A DNA stretch of 64,000 bases from Candidatus Micrarchaeota archaeon. GTDB lineage: Archaea; B1Sed10-29; JAJSAI01. A model generated the notes under the pieces. That model was not told the DNA's origin, did not search any database, and saw only the letters and a list, made by a program, of their open reading frames with translations. This document shows, piece by piece, positions 18,596 through 27,586 of this stretch; positions within the stretch are counted from its first letter, which is position 1, and the number at the start of each line of letters is the position of its first letter. The stretch spans positions 32,001-96,000 of the forward strand of contig CAZVAJ010000001.1 of assembly GCA_964625085.1 (NCBI GenBank), written 5' to 3'. Made by a program: the position numbers and the translations under genes.

Positions 18596-19554
18596 TGATC
18601 TATCTTGGCATTGAGTCCACAGCACACACCTTCGGAATAGGGGTCGTGGACGGAGAAAGGATAATTGCCAACGAGAAGGACTCTTACAAACCAGAAAAGG
18701 GAGGAATAGTCCCAGCAGAAGCGGCAGAGCACCACAGAAAGCATGCTCTGCCAATACTAGAGAGGGCCCTTGAAAAGGCAGGTATTACTGCTAGAGAAAT
18801 CGATGTTGTAAGCTATGCTGCTGGACCAGGCCTTCCACCCTGTCTGATTGAAGGCAAAAAACTTGCAGAAAAAGTGGCGGAAAACAAGCCAGTGATAGGA
18901 GTAAACCACTGCATTGCACACATAGAGATAGGGAAAAAAGACTCAGGATTCAAAGACCCCTTAACCTTGTACGTGTCCGGAGGAAACACTCAGGTCATAG
19001 CATTGAATGAAGGAAGGTACAGGATATTCGGAGAAACACTGGACATAGGCATAGGCAACGCGTTGGACAAACTCGCTAGAGAGATGGGGCTCAAGATGCC
19101 GGGAGGCCCAAAGATTGAAAAACTGGCAGAAAAGAGCGAAAAGTATATACCCTTACCGTACACTGTCAAAGGAATGGACTTTGCTTTTTCAGGACTTCTC
19201 ACCGCGGCCAAGAATAGCCTGAACAATTCCAGAAAGGAAGACATCGCCTTTTCTTTCCAGGAAACTGCTTTTGCAATGCTGGCTGAAGTCAGCGAACGCG
19301 CACTGGCCCATACTCAAAAAAAAGAGGTTATTCTAACAGGAGGAGTTGCGGCCAATAAAAGACTTGCTGAAATAATAAAAGGGATGGCAGAAGAGCATAA
19401 CGCAGAATTCACAGTACCCAGACAAGAATACTGCGGAGATAATGGGGCAATGATCGCATGGCTTGGCAAGATAGTGTATGAATCAAAAACAGAAGCAGCT
19501 ACTGACGTAAAACCCAAGTGGAGAACAGACCAGGTTAAGGTTACTTGGGAATGA
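18592..19554 (+). CDS. kae1: KEOPS t6A synthase Kae1
   Basis: GIESTAHT, GPGLPP, NHCIAHIE, VSGGNT, DNGAMIA. Confidence 0.97.
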   Translation: MMIYLGIESTAHTFGIGVVDGERIIANEKDSYKPEKGGIVPAEAAEHHRKHALPILERALEKAGITAREIDVVSYAAGPGLPPCLIEGKKLAEKVAENKPVIGVNHCIAHIEIGKKDSGFKDPLTLYVSGGNTQVIALNEGRYRIFGETLDIGIGNALDKLAREMGLKMPGGPKIEKLAEKSEKYIPLPYTVKGMDFAFSGLLTAAKNSLNNSRKEDIAFSFQETAFAMLAEVSERALAHTQKKEVILTGGVAANKRLAEIIKGMAEEHNAEFTVPRQEYCGDNGAMIAWLGKIVYESKTEAATDVKPKWRTDQVKVTWE

Positions 19555-20560
19555 TTTTTGTTGACTGTCCTCTAAATCCTTTGCCTGTTCGTTCTGTCTT
19601 GAGAAGGCCTTTTTCTTCAAGGGCTTTTATCTTCCGTTCAAAAGTCCTCTGACTTTTTTTGCCCCCTAAGGACAAGTACTTCTCGTAAACGCTTCCTGCA
19701 AGACCCCCTTCTTCTGGCACTGCTTTTAGTATGAGTTTCTCGTCCTCGTCCAATGCAGGCGTGCTCGGGCTCAGCAGTCTGGAAGCCGCGTTCTCAACAT
19801 GCTTTTTCAGGACCTTAATACTAGCGTCTTTCTCTGCTTCAAGCCCTGCTTCCCTAAGCAGGATAATGCCTGTCCGGACATCCCTATCTTCATACGCTTT
19901 CTTGACCACAAGCATGAAAGCATCTTCTGACCATGTGCCGTCATAGAACGCGTAGTCTCGTCTCAGTTTCAGAACATCCTGCATCTCCTCAAGAGAGTAA
20001 GGTTTAAACAGTATTGTTTCGGGAATGATTCTTGACCTTATCCTCGGGTCTACCTGAACAAACCAATCAGGATCATTGGTTATCATCACAAGAACAAGGT
20101 TCTTTACTTCCTCTGCAAGATAGTACAAGTAATCAGCATCCTGGGACTTGTCCACCTCATCAAGGGCAAGCACAAGGCCCCTGTCGCCAACAATCCTGGA
20201 TATCTTGGAAAGCACCTCATCAGTGCCAAGATTGTGTGTGAACTGGTAGCCGAGCTGATGACAAGCTTCTGAAAGGATCTTAAAACTAGAGTTCTTCTTC
20301 CAACAGTTAACGAAAACAACCAGAACATCATGCTCTTCTTTAAGGTCAGCGAGCATTCTTTTCACTGTAGCAGTTTTTCCGATTCCTGCTTTTCCAGTAA
20401 CAAGAGCATGCCTCCCCCGGTAGCCTTCCAGCATTGGTTTTATGCAGGCTGCTATCGCCTCTTGCTGAGCTTCCCTGTGTGGAAGCATTTTGGGAACGAA
20501 TTCAGGGTCAAGGGAGTCTATGAAAGAGAAGAGGGACTCCCCCTCCATCAGCAAACGCAT
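19541..20560 (-). CDS. Cdc6/Orc1-family AAA+ ATPase (short paralog)
   Basis: LDPEFVP..LPHRE, GKAGIGKT, LDEVD, RIRSR, F.PY; C-terminal winged helix. Confidence 0.88.
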   Translation of the reverse strand: MRLLMEGESLFSFIDSLDPEFVPKMLPHREAQQEAIAACIKPMLEGYRGRHALVTGKAGIGKTATVKRMLADLKEEHDVLVVFVNCWKKNSSFKILSEACHQLGYQFTHNLGTDEVLSKISRIVGDRGLVLALDEVDKSQDADYLYYLAEEVKNLVLVMITNDPDWFVQVDPRIRSRIIPETILFKPYSLEEMQDVLKLRRDYAFYDGTWSEDAFMLVVKKAYEDRDVRTGIILLREAGLEAEKDASIKVLKKHVENAASRLLSPSTPALDEDEKLILKAVPEEGGLAGSVYEKYLSLGGKKSQRTFERKIKALEEKGLLKTERTGKGFRGQSTKIIPK

Positions 20561-20611
20561 ACAGTTTATTCCTCAAACAAAGTATTTATTAATGAACTTC
20601 CTTATGAGATC

Positions 20612-20812
20612 ATGACAAAAAAGAAAACCATAATAAAAAAACCCGGCTCTCCTGTGGTAAGCGAGCTTGCGTTGGAAGACAAGCTTCTCCTGAAGAGCAC
20701 TCTAGACACGAACGAAGACGAAATAGAGGGCATGTTGGAAAAACTGGAAAACGACCTGACCACAAAAAAGCTGAATGAAGAATTGAAAGAAGCTAAAAAG
20801 AAACGCGGCTAG
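20612..20812 (+). CDS. Small charged hypothetical protein (66 aa)
   Basis: ATG 20612 about 25 nt after a TATA-like TTTATT; fills the gap between two minus-strand genes. Confidence 0.55.
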   Translation: MTKKKTIIKKPGSPVVSELALEDKLLLKSTLDTNEDEIEGMLEKLENDLTTKKLNEELKEAKKKRG

Positions 20813-21224
20813 CTGCAGACCATAACACAAAAACAAGGAAAGCGCTTGCCATCCATAGTACAAAGTGTGCTGGAAACCAAGAAGGGCTGATCAAGGTCAC
20901 GGCCACTCTGAAAAAGTTCGCTGCGAATAGCACAGGAATCCCGATAGCCATCAGGCTTATTCTTCTTTTTCTGTTAAGATAAGGGTCTGCTACTGCAAGT
21001 GCAGAAAGCAAGCTTATTGAGTCAATGCCAGTGCATGCTGGAATTATTACAGCCTCTGGAAATCCGTTAACGTAAACCACTGCACCCGAACTGCCTGCGT
21101 CCACCCCAAGCAATCCAAGTACTGATGCTGAACCTGACGCAGTAAGTTCCAGAAGCCCTGGAAGTGGAATTGAATGCAGGAGAATAAAAAGAACAACGAA
21201 AACTGAAAAAAAGACTGCTAGCAT
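20793..21224 (-). CDS. Archaeosortase/exosortase-family membrane protein (small)
   Basis: IIPACTG (Cys), ANFFR (Arg), PAH (His) triad within TM helices. Confidence 0.8.
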   Translation of the reverse strand: MLAVFFSVFVVLFILLHSIPLPGLLELTASGSASVLGLLGVDAGSSGAVVYVNGFPEAVIIPACTGIDSISLLSALAVADPYLNRKRRISLMAIGIPVLFAANFFRVAVTLISPSWFPAHFVLWMASAFLVFVLWSAASRVSF

Positions 21225-21225
21225 C

Positions 21226-21735
21226 TTACCATGGTACACTTTTAAGCCCAAGTAACCACCCTATTAGATTAAGCGAAAGATGTGCTGCGATCGTCAGGAA
21301 CGTGATGAACAAGATTTCTGCCAGCCCAGGCAGATAGAACGGAGACAAAAACAAAAGCGCTCCTATAACAAAATCAAGCTGGTCTGCCGGGAACCACATT
21401 TCCCCTCTTTTAAATCCTCTTCTCCTTTTCACAAAACTTTCAACAGCATCCCCTGCCAACGCACCGGTTGCCGCGAGAAATGCCAGGAATAACGGGTATC
21501 CTGAGATAAACTGTTGTATCCCAAGCCCTGTCAAAACACCTAACAAAACGCCTACTAGAATACCTTCAAATGTTTTACCGTCTCCCAGCACTCTTTCGCC
21601 ATCGCCAAGTTTTTTACCCCTGTCAAGAGGATGCCACTTCCACCTGAGAATACCTGAAAAGAATGCGGGAGAGAAGTTAGCAGAGTACGCTGGGAAGATT
21701 ACCACAAGTATTATTATCAGGGGGTGTAAGCTCAT
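21226..21735 (-). CDS. carS: CDP-archaeol synthase
   Basis: PAYSAN, PLD.G....DGERVLGDGKT.EG, GD..ESF.KRR, DQLDF, LK.VPW. Confidence 0.94.
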   Translation of the reverse strand: MSLHPLIIILVVIFPAYSANFSPAFFSGILRWKWHPLDRGKKLGDGERVLGDGKTFEGILVGVLLGVLTGLGIQQFISGYPLFLAFLAATGALAGDAVESFVKRRRGFKRGEMWFPADQLDFVIGALLFLSPFYLPGLAEILFITFLTIAAHLSLNLIGWLLGLKSVPW

Positions 21736-22403
21736 AAGATCGAGCATAGCATCATCCCCACTACAGCTCCTGAGGTGGTTGCAACAAGGTTTGTTGAACT
21801 GTTTCCAACAATCCCCCTGTTTTCAACAAGCGCGCCAAAAACGGAGTCTGCAAAGCATCCTGCAAGACCTGCTAACACAATAGGAACCATGCTCACCCCA
21901 AAAAACATCCAACTCACTCCTGAAAAAACAATAGCAGCAACAGCACCCGAAATAGTTCCAAGCAGGCTTATTCCGCCATTAGTGCCTGGCGGAACCGTTT
22001 TAAGGCTGGTTATCATCACAGGCTCCTTCTTGGACAAAACACCGATTTCTGAAGAAATTGTGTCTGTCACTGCTGCTGAAAGCGCACCCAAAAACCCGTA
22101 CAATCCTGCCGGGCCTCCGAGTAAAGCCATGAGGGCTGCAACTCCTCCATTGGCAATAACGTGCTTAGACTTTCTTCTTTTTTGATGTAACTTCTTCAGT
22201 GCTTTTAACCTGTGCTTGTACTTGGTGGCTGACTCCCCTATTAAAAAGAATAGTAAGAGCATGTAAAACCATTCTATTCCCTGGCTTAGTACCAGAATGT
22301 ATCCTAACAGAACCCCTGAAACAACTCCCTCCGCGCTTAAGGAGCCTCCGGCCATGGCAAGCAGGCCTATGGCAAGAGGGAGTAGGATCGCGGACAATTC
22401 CAT
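21732..22403 (-). CDS. DUF92/TMEM19-family membrane protein
   Basis: V.ANGG, DTISSEIG, VPPGTNGGIS, DS..GA..E, N..TN. Confidence 0.92.
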   Translation of the reverse strand: MELSAILLPLAIGLLAMAGGSLSAEGVVSGVLLGYILVLSQGIEWFYMLLLFFLIGESATKYKHRLKALKKLHQKRRKSKHVIANGGVAALMALLGGPAGLYGFLGALSAAVTDTISSEIGVLSKKEPVMITSLKTVPPGTNGGISLLGTISGAVAAIVFSGVSWMFFGVSMVPIVLAGLAGCFADSVFGALVENRGIVGNSSTNLVATTSGAVVGMMLCSIL

Positions 22404-22413
22404 GATAAACTCC

Positions 22414-23040
22414 TTAAACTTCTACCTTGCTCACTATCGCCATCTTAACAGGGCAGAATACCTTTGCCTTTTTCTTCATTTCCGCGCCCAGTTCTCCGAA
22501 AGCTGCTTTCTTTACGAGGTCAGAGAGGGACACTCCCTTCGCGGTTTCCTCCAGCGTTTCTTCCATCACCTTGCGGATCACGTCTTTTCGCTCGGTGTTT
22601 ATACGCCCTAGAGTAAAGAGGTGTGCAGTAACTTGGGCCTTCTTCTTGTCCTTTGTCTTGACATAGTGTATTGCAGTCACCATGCTGCGACCTCTGCGGA
22701 CATTCCTTCTAAAGTGTTCTCTGACCATCTCGAACCCGTTGGTTTCTGTGTAAGCGGTGGTGCCTTTTACCTCGTTTACTTTGAAGTGCATTGTTATTGA
22801 CTGGTGAGAAATGTTTCCAGTTATCTCCCTAAGAGGTACTTTTATAACACGCCCAATAACAAGCTCTGGCTTTATTGCAGGGGTGTTCCCTACTTCCTTT
22901 GACTCAAAGTCTTTTGGGGAAACAACGGTATACCATGACTTCTTTTTCCAGGTATCAGTAGTCTTTCTCTTCTTTTTCTTTGAAGTTTTCTTAACCGCTG
23001 TTTTCTTAACCTTCTTCTTGCTATCTGCCATGATCATCAC
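22414..23040 (-). CDS. rps3ae: 30S ribosomal protein eS1 (S3Ae)
   Basis: DTWKKKSWY.V.SP..F, IGR; synteny with rps15. Confidence 0.93.
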   Translation of the reverse strand: MMIMADSKKKVKKTAVKKTSKKKKRKTTDTWKKKSWYTVVSPKDFESKEVGNTPAIKPELVIGRVIKVPLREITGNISHQSITMHFKVNEVKGTTAYTETNGFEMVREHFRRNVRRGRSMVTAIHYVKTKDKKKAQVTAHLFTLGRINTERKDVIRKVMEETLEETAKGVSLSDLVKKAAFGELGAEMKKKAKVFCPVKMAIVSKVEV

Positions 23041-23498
23041 CTTTCCTTAACAATAAGCGCGGCCTTCTCAGGCGTGTACCTCCATCCCTCCGGAAGTACC
23101 CCTGTACCCCGGTAGTACTTAACGAGCCTTTTTATTTTAGACTCTGTGAGGGTTAATGCGCGCGTGTTATGAATATCCTTCTTATGGACAGTGAGGTGCT
23201 TTCTAAGCCGTACTGCCCTTCTCATTAGGTTCATTAGGTCTTCAGGATACTCTGGCAGGAGCTTGTTCTCGGCAAGAACTTCTTTCACTGATTTCCCGAG
23301 AACTGCTTTTACGCTTGGAACACCGTACTGATCTCTCAGCACTATTCCTATTTCGCTCTGTGTCTTGTCCTGCCGGGCAAGATCGCATATCTTTTTTTCA
23401 ACATCCTTTTTAGAGAGCTCTACCCATTTTGGGCTTATTCTAACAGGAGGGTGAACAGATCCACTGCGCCCCTTTTTCCTAGCATGCATCCTAGACAT
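23037..23498 (-). CDS. rps15: 30S ribosomal protein uS15
   Basis: MSRMHARKKGRSGS, IG..LRDQYG.P, PEDL, ESKIKRL. Confidence 0.97.
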   Translation of the reverse strand: MSRMHARKKGRSGSVHPPVRISPKWVELSKKDVEKKICDLARQDKTQSEIGIVLRDQYGVPSVKAVLGKSVKEVLAENKLLPEYPEDLMNLMRRAVRLRKHLTVHKKDIHNTRALTLTESKIKRLVKYYRGTGVLPEGWRYTPEKAALIVKER

Positions 23499-23509
23499 AT
23501 TCTATCACC

Positions 23510-23588
23510 TTGTCCTGCGTCAGGCTCTCGGGTGTTTGGGCCGAGACCTCAATGCAGGTGTTAATGCTAAAAGAGCATCAAACACTCC
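23510..23588 (-). promoter_or_regulatory. Structured 5' leader of the rps15-rps3ae operon
   Basis: Two stem-loops (23558-23585 and 23514-23558) between a TTTTTAAA box at about 23610-23617 and the SD. Confidence 0.5.
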
Positions 23589-23624
23589 ACTTATTTTCAA
23601 GCAGGTTGGTTTAAAAATGTTTTG

Positions 23625-24215
23625 TTACACGTACCTGGCCCTTGATTCCACATCTTTAATCTTCTCACTAACTTTTTTGTCCGCGTACCCTCTCAGAACA
23701 TCCTGCCAAACTTTCTTGAAAACAGGAGGATGAGTGGAGGAGAGTGTTTTCTTAAAAACAAGAAGGTCAGTGGCCTTGTCCTCATCTTTCTGGCTCTTGA
23801 AAGCAAGTCCAAAGTCAATAAAGTAGATCTTTCTTTTCATAAGGATCATGTTAGAAGTGGTTAAGTCCCCGTGTATTATTCCCAAATCATGCAAGCGCCT
23901 TATACTTCTTCCAATATCCTCCGAAAGTTCAAGGCCCTTATTCTCGTGGAAAAGATCTCTTACCTTCTGCCCCTGAACAAACTCCATCAAAAAAGAACAT
24001 GAAACGGGGTCAACTGAAAGAACATGAGGGGTGTGTACCGCCCTTCTTGCTTCCGAAAGCATTAAACATTCTCTTCGCATGCGCGAGTACCTTATTCTTG
24101 CGTCAAGTTCAGGGTGAATGAACCGTTTCGGAAACCGTCTTTTCTTCACAGCACTTATTCCAAGGTACTCTGTTCTTTCTAGTTCTGCTTCAGCGCCCTT
24201 GTATAAAATGCTCAT
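23625..24215 (-). CDS. bud32: KEOPS kinase Bud32
   Basis: KGAEA, K.R.PK...HPELD, HGDLTTSN, IDFGL. Confidence 0.95.
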   Translation of the reverse strand: MSILYKGAEAELERTEYLGISAVKKRRFPKRFIHPELDARIRYSRMRRECLMLSEARRAVHTPHVLSVDPVSCSFLMEFVQGQKVRDLFHENKGLELSEDIGRSIRRLHDLGIIHGDLTTSNMILMKRKIYFIDFGLAFKSQKDEDKATDLLVFKKTLSSTHPPVFKKVWQDVLRGYADKKVSEKIKDVESRARYV

Positions 24216-24265
24216 AAGAGGATTCGGGCGGAGGAATTATAAAATAGTTTTGAGGAAATAATAAC

Positions 24266-24928
24266 ATGAAGTATAAAGAGTATGTTAGAATATACCGAAC
24301 AGTGTCAGAAGAGAATGTTGGAAATGACCCTCTGCTGGCCAACATTCTTGAAAAGAAGGTAGTGCGTGATGTTAAAAGAAGGTATCATGTGCTCTTGAAG
24401 AACGGCCTTGCTAAGGAATGGGTGGAAGGGAGTACTGTTCGAGAACTTGCGGAGAAATACGAGTTCCCACCATTTCTACTTTCAAAAATGATCAAAAAAC
24501 AGGTCGGAATAAACAAAAGGCTGCTGCGCGAAATGACCGAAGCAGAAAAACAGGACAGGTTCTATTCAAAGCGTGCAGCGGAACAGGCTGCTGAAAATGG
24601 GAAGGAAGTGGAAAAGGAGGTTGCAAGATGGCTTTCGGAAAGGGGCGCACAGTTTCTCAGAGGAGACTTCATAGAAGGGCCCCTACATCCTGACATACTT
24701 TTCCAGCCACCATTTGAGATAAACGGAAAAAAGATTAACTGGATAGAATGCAAGTACTACTTTGGCTCAAAACAGGATATGGAAAAGCACTGGAAAGGTC
24801 AACTAAAAAAGTACAAGAAGGCATTTGGCCCAGGGGCGATAGTGTACTGGCTTGGTTTTGTCGAAGACAAGGTACCGGACGATGAGCATCTCGTCCTTTC
24901 AGCGGACCTTTTTACACAGAATAATTGA
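24266..24928 (+). CDS. C15orf41/CDIN1-like (TPD-domain) PD-(D/E)XK nuclease
   Basis: HPDIL...P..ING..INWIECK..FG, QL..Y...FGPG.IVYW.GF. Confidence 0.8.
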   Translation: MKYKEYVRIYRTVSEENVGNDPLLANILEKKVVRDVKRRYHVLLKNGLAKEWVEGSTVRELAEKYEFPPFLLSKMIKKQVGINKRLLREMTEAEKQDRFYSKRAAEQAAENGKEVEKEVARWLSERGAQFLRGDFIEGPLHPDILFQPPFEINGKKINWIECKYYFGSKQDMEKHWKGQLKKYKKAFGPGAIVYWLGFVEDKVPDDEHLVLSADLFTQNN

Positions 24929-25325
24929 GCACGTTCACCGCAACGTTATACAACACATTCTTTCCAGGTTCTGGGCATATCCCTGTAATGTTTGTGAGTC
25001 TGCTGTTCTGCTGGCCTTTTTCGATCGTCCCAATAACCTCTGTCTTTTTGTTGATAACCTGGCCAGTCGCAGAATCTGCCACAATGAGGGCAACATAGAC
25101 ATCATGAGCTGTGTCGCCATCATTTGCAATTGTCCACTGGACTCTTAAAGTGCATGCGTCAGGATCATACGCAGGAGGAGGGTTCTGGTCAACCCACGCA
25201 GTAATTTTAGGAGAGGGTTTTGGAGTGATAGATTCCATGATCTGCCCACTGTAGGGGATAATAAGAAAAGCTGCCACGAACAGTACAACAATCAAAGAGA
25301 TGATGACCACAAACCGCATAAGCAT
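24912..25325 (-). CDS. Hypothetical membrane-anchored protein with beta-rich extracellular domain
   Basis: N-terminal TM helix, Pro-rich linker, two Cys, I.N.G..A..V Ig-like pattern. Confidence 0.7.
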   Translation of the reverse strand: MLMRFVVIISLIVVLFVAAFLIIPYSGQIMESITPKPSPKITAWVDQNPPPAYDPDACTLRVQWTIANDGDTAHDVYVALIVADSATGQVINKKTEVIGTIEKGQQNSRLTNITGICPEPGKNVLYNVAVNVLNYSV

Positions 25326-25353
25326 ACTAACTGATTGGGGGTATAAAAATATT

Positions 25354-26067
25354 TCAGAAAGGAGGAATGACCATCATACCATTGCCTGTGATATCAACAG
25401 GGAAAGGTTGCTTGGGAACGTCTGTTGCCACCATCTTTTCAAAATACAGCTGAGTTATCCTTTGTCCTTTTTCTTCTGCTCTTGATAATCTAAGCACTCC
25501 GTCAAATACAAAGTCTTCTTCTTCAAAAAAGGAAATCCCATCAGGCCTTGTTTCTGAAATAAAGAGGGTAGTGCAGCCTTTTTCTTTAAGTGATTTTGAT
25601 AAGGAGTGTAGCATGTTTCGATACTCTCCTTTTTCGTTGAAGTAGAATCCCAAAGGGGTCACTGAATCAAACGCGATCCTCTTCACGTTCATCTCGTCTA
25701 TTATCTTGTACAACTGGAGCACCACTTCTGAATGAAGGTTACGGGCCTCAAACTTGGAAAAGTCCTGAGAAGAGAAAACAGTGAAAATAAGCCTGTTCTG
25801 TGCAGATATTGTTGAAAAATCCCAGTTGAATGCCGCTTGGTACCATTCTATGTCACTTGGGTAACCGTGAACCTGCACAAGAAGACCGTTTTCATCATAT
25901 TCTTCAACACCCTTGTACAAATACTGTAGTGCAGCGATCGTTTTCCCAGTACCGCTAGGGCCTTTTAGGAGGATTGAACTGCCTTTTATTATTCCTCCTT
26001 CAGTTATCTCATCAAACCCAGGTATCCCACTCTTGATCCGATCCAATTTACACAAGCCTCCTGACAA
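25354..26067 (-). CDS. KaiC/RAD55-family single-domain RecA-type protein
   Basis: IKSGIPGFD...GG, GPSGTGKT, RIAFDS, FDGVL.L; alternative TTG start at 26046. Confidence 0.88.
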   Translation of the reverse strand: MSGGLCKLDRIKSGIPGFDEITEGGIIKGSSILLKGPSGTGKTIAALQYLYKGVEEYDENGLLVQVHGYPSDIEWYQAAFNWDFSTISAQNRLIFTVFSSQDFSKFEARNLHSEVVLQLYKIIDEMNVKRIAFDSVTPLGFYFNEKGEYRNMLHSLSKSLKEKGCTTLFISETRPDGISFFEEEDFVFDGVLRLSRAEEKGQRITQLYFEKMVATDVPKQPFPVDITGNGMMVIPPF

Positions 26068-27586
26068 ACTCCGCGTATGCAGGTCTTGCTATGAACACTC
26101 CAATAAGTGACCCGAGTATGGTGGTTAGTGCAAAACCTTTTAACACGCCAAGACCAAGCGTGAACAGCGGGAACATTGCGATTATCGTGGTGAAAGCAGC
26201 CATCATTATGATGTTCACCGCTTTCTTTATCCTAGAAGCGATTCCTGCTCTCTTTTCTTTTGACGCACCTTTGACTGCTTCGTCTGTTATGATTATCAGG
26301 TGGTCCACTCCTGTTCCTACTGCTGCTATAATACCGGCCACTGCTGGAAGGTCAAGCTGCCAGCCTATCCAAGCAGCCATTCCAAGAATCATCACAGCCT
26401 CTGAAACGCTTATCATGAGCATTGGCCCCACTATTTTTGGTTTCTTGTACCTGAAGAATATCACCATGCCCACGGCAAGTATTGCAGCCAGTCCTGCAAC
26501 TCCTGAGTAGTACAGGAATTCCTTGCCAAGAGATGCTGAAACTGAGGAAACACCTGAAACCTGCACTGACACAGGAAGCTTTCCTGAATCAAGGATTATT
26601 CTCGTCCGGTCTCTTTCTGCAATTGCCTCCTCTTCATTTGAGGCCCCACCGGTTATCCTGAGATCGTACTGAACTTCTCCTGAGGTTACTGCACTTGTTA
26701 GGCGCACAATACTCTGCAGGTTTATAGCCCCCGGAATAAAGTAGTTACCTGTTTGCGGTTTTACCTGCACTTCAGATGCGCTTGAGTTGAGAAGTGAGAT
26801 GTATTCTTCTAGAGGACTTCCTTCTTTGAGGATGACCGTCTTGTTCTTAACCTGATCTAAGACCTGCTGGTCCACCGTGCCAGTGACTATAAGACCAATA
26901 TCAGAATCCTGCAAGAGCTCTTCAAGAGGAATCTTGCTGTTTGAAGGCGATTCCTGATTAAATTGTTCAGGGATCTCTTTTTCAGCTTCATACTCTGTGG
27001 GGGTTAGTAGGATTACCGCGTTCTGCGGTCTGTCAATGAACATGTATGTTCTTTCCATGCACTGGGAACCGCTAGGATCGGAGGGGTCTAAGGTGCACTT
27101 GCCTGCAACCATGTTCGCGAACTGTTTGGCTGCTGAAGTGCTCATGGTGAACGGAACGCTCCACATATATCCTGTGCCTGCTCTGCTGACTGTGTATCCC
27201 CTAGTAGGATCAGACACGACACCAATAATTCCATCAGAACCTAGCAGGACCTTGCCCTCAAACATTGCCTCGAACCTGCCCTGTTCCCCGATTATTTTTT
27301 GTATAGCTGCCACTACTTTCGGGTCTGTTTCAGCCACCTCAACCATGATAAAGTCCGGGCCTCCTGGCCGTACTTTCATGTCCTTTAGCCCGAAACTGTT
27401 AAGCCTGTCCTGTAGAACTCTTACAAGAACCTCTTTTTCAGGACCCTCGACTGGTTCGGAGAGTTGTATGTTTATTATTGTTCCACCTGTAAAGTCCATT
27501 CCAAACTGAAGGGGCTTTATCGCGAATGGCAGAAGCCCTATGACTATAAAAGATATCACGTACAACTTTGTTCTGATGTTTTTCAC
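26048..27586 (-). CDS. secD: Protein translocase subunit SecD
   Basis: GMDFTGGT, RLNSFG, SG.LPV, SLG..F, GTGVDH.IIITDE. Confidence 0.93.
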   Translation of the reverse strand: MKNIRTKLYVISFIVIGLLPFAIKPLQFGMDFTGGTIINIQLSEPVEGPEKEVLVRVLQDRLNSFGLKDMKVRPGGPDFIMVEVAETDPKVVAAIQKIIGEQGRFEAMFEGKVLLGSDGIIGVVSDPTRGYTVSRAGTGYMWSVPFTMSTSAAKQFANMVAGKCTLDPSDPSGSQCMERTYMFIDRPQNAVILLTPTEYEAEKEIPEQFNQESPSNSKIPLEELLQDSDIGLIVTGTVDQQVLDQVKNKTVILKEGSPLEEYISLLNSSASEVQVKPQTGNYFIPGAINLQSIVRLTSAVTSGEVQYDLRITGGASNEEEAIAERDRTRIILDSGKLPVSVQVSGVSSVSASLGKEFLYYSGVAGLAAILAVGMVIFFRYKKPKIVGPMLMISVSEAVMILGMAAWIGWQLDLPAVAGIIAAVGTGVDHLIIITDEAVKGASKEKRAGIASRIKKAVNIIMMAAFTTIIAMFPLFTLGLGVLKGFALTTILGSLIGVFIARPAYAEFVRRLV

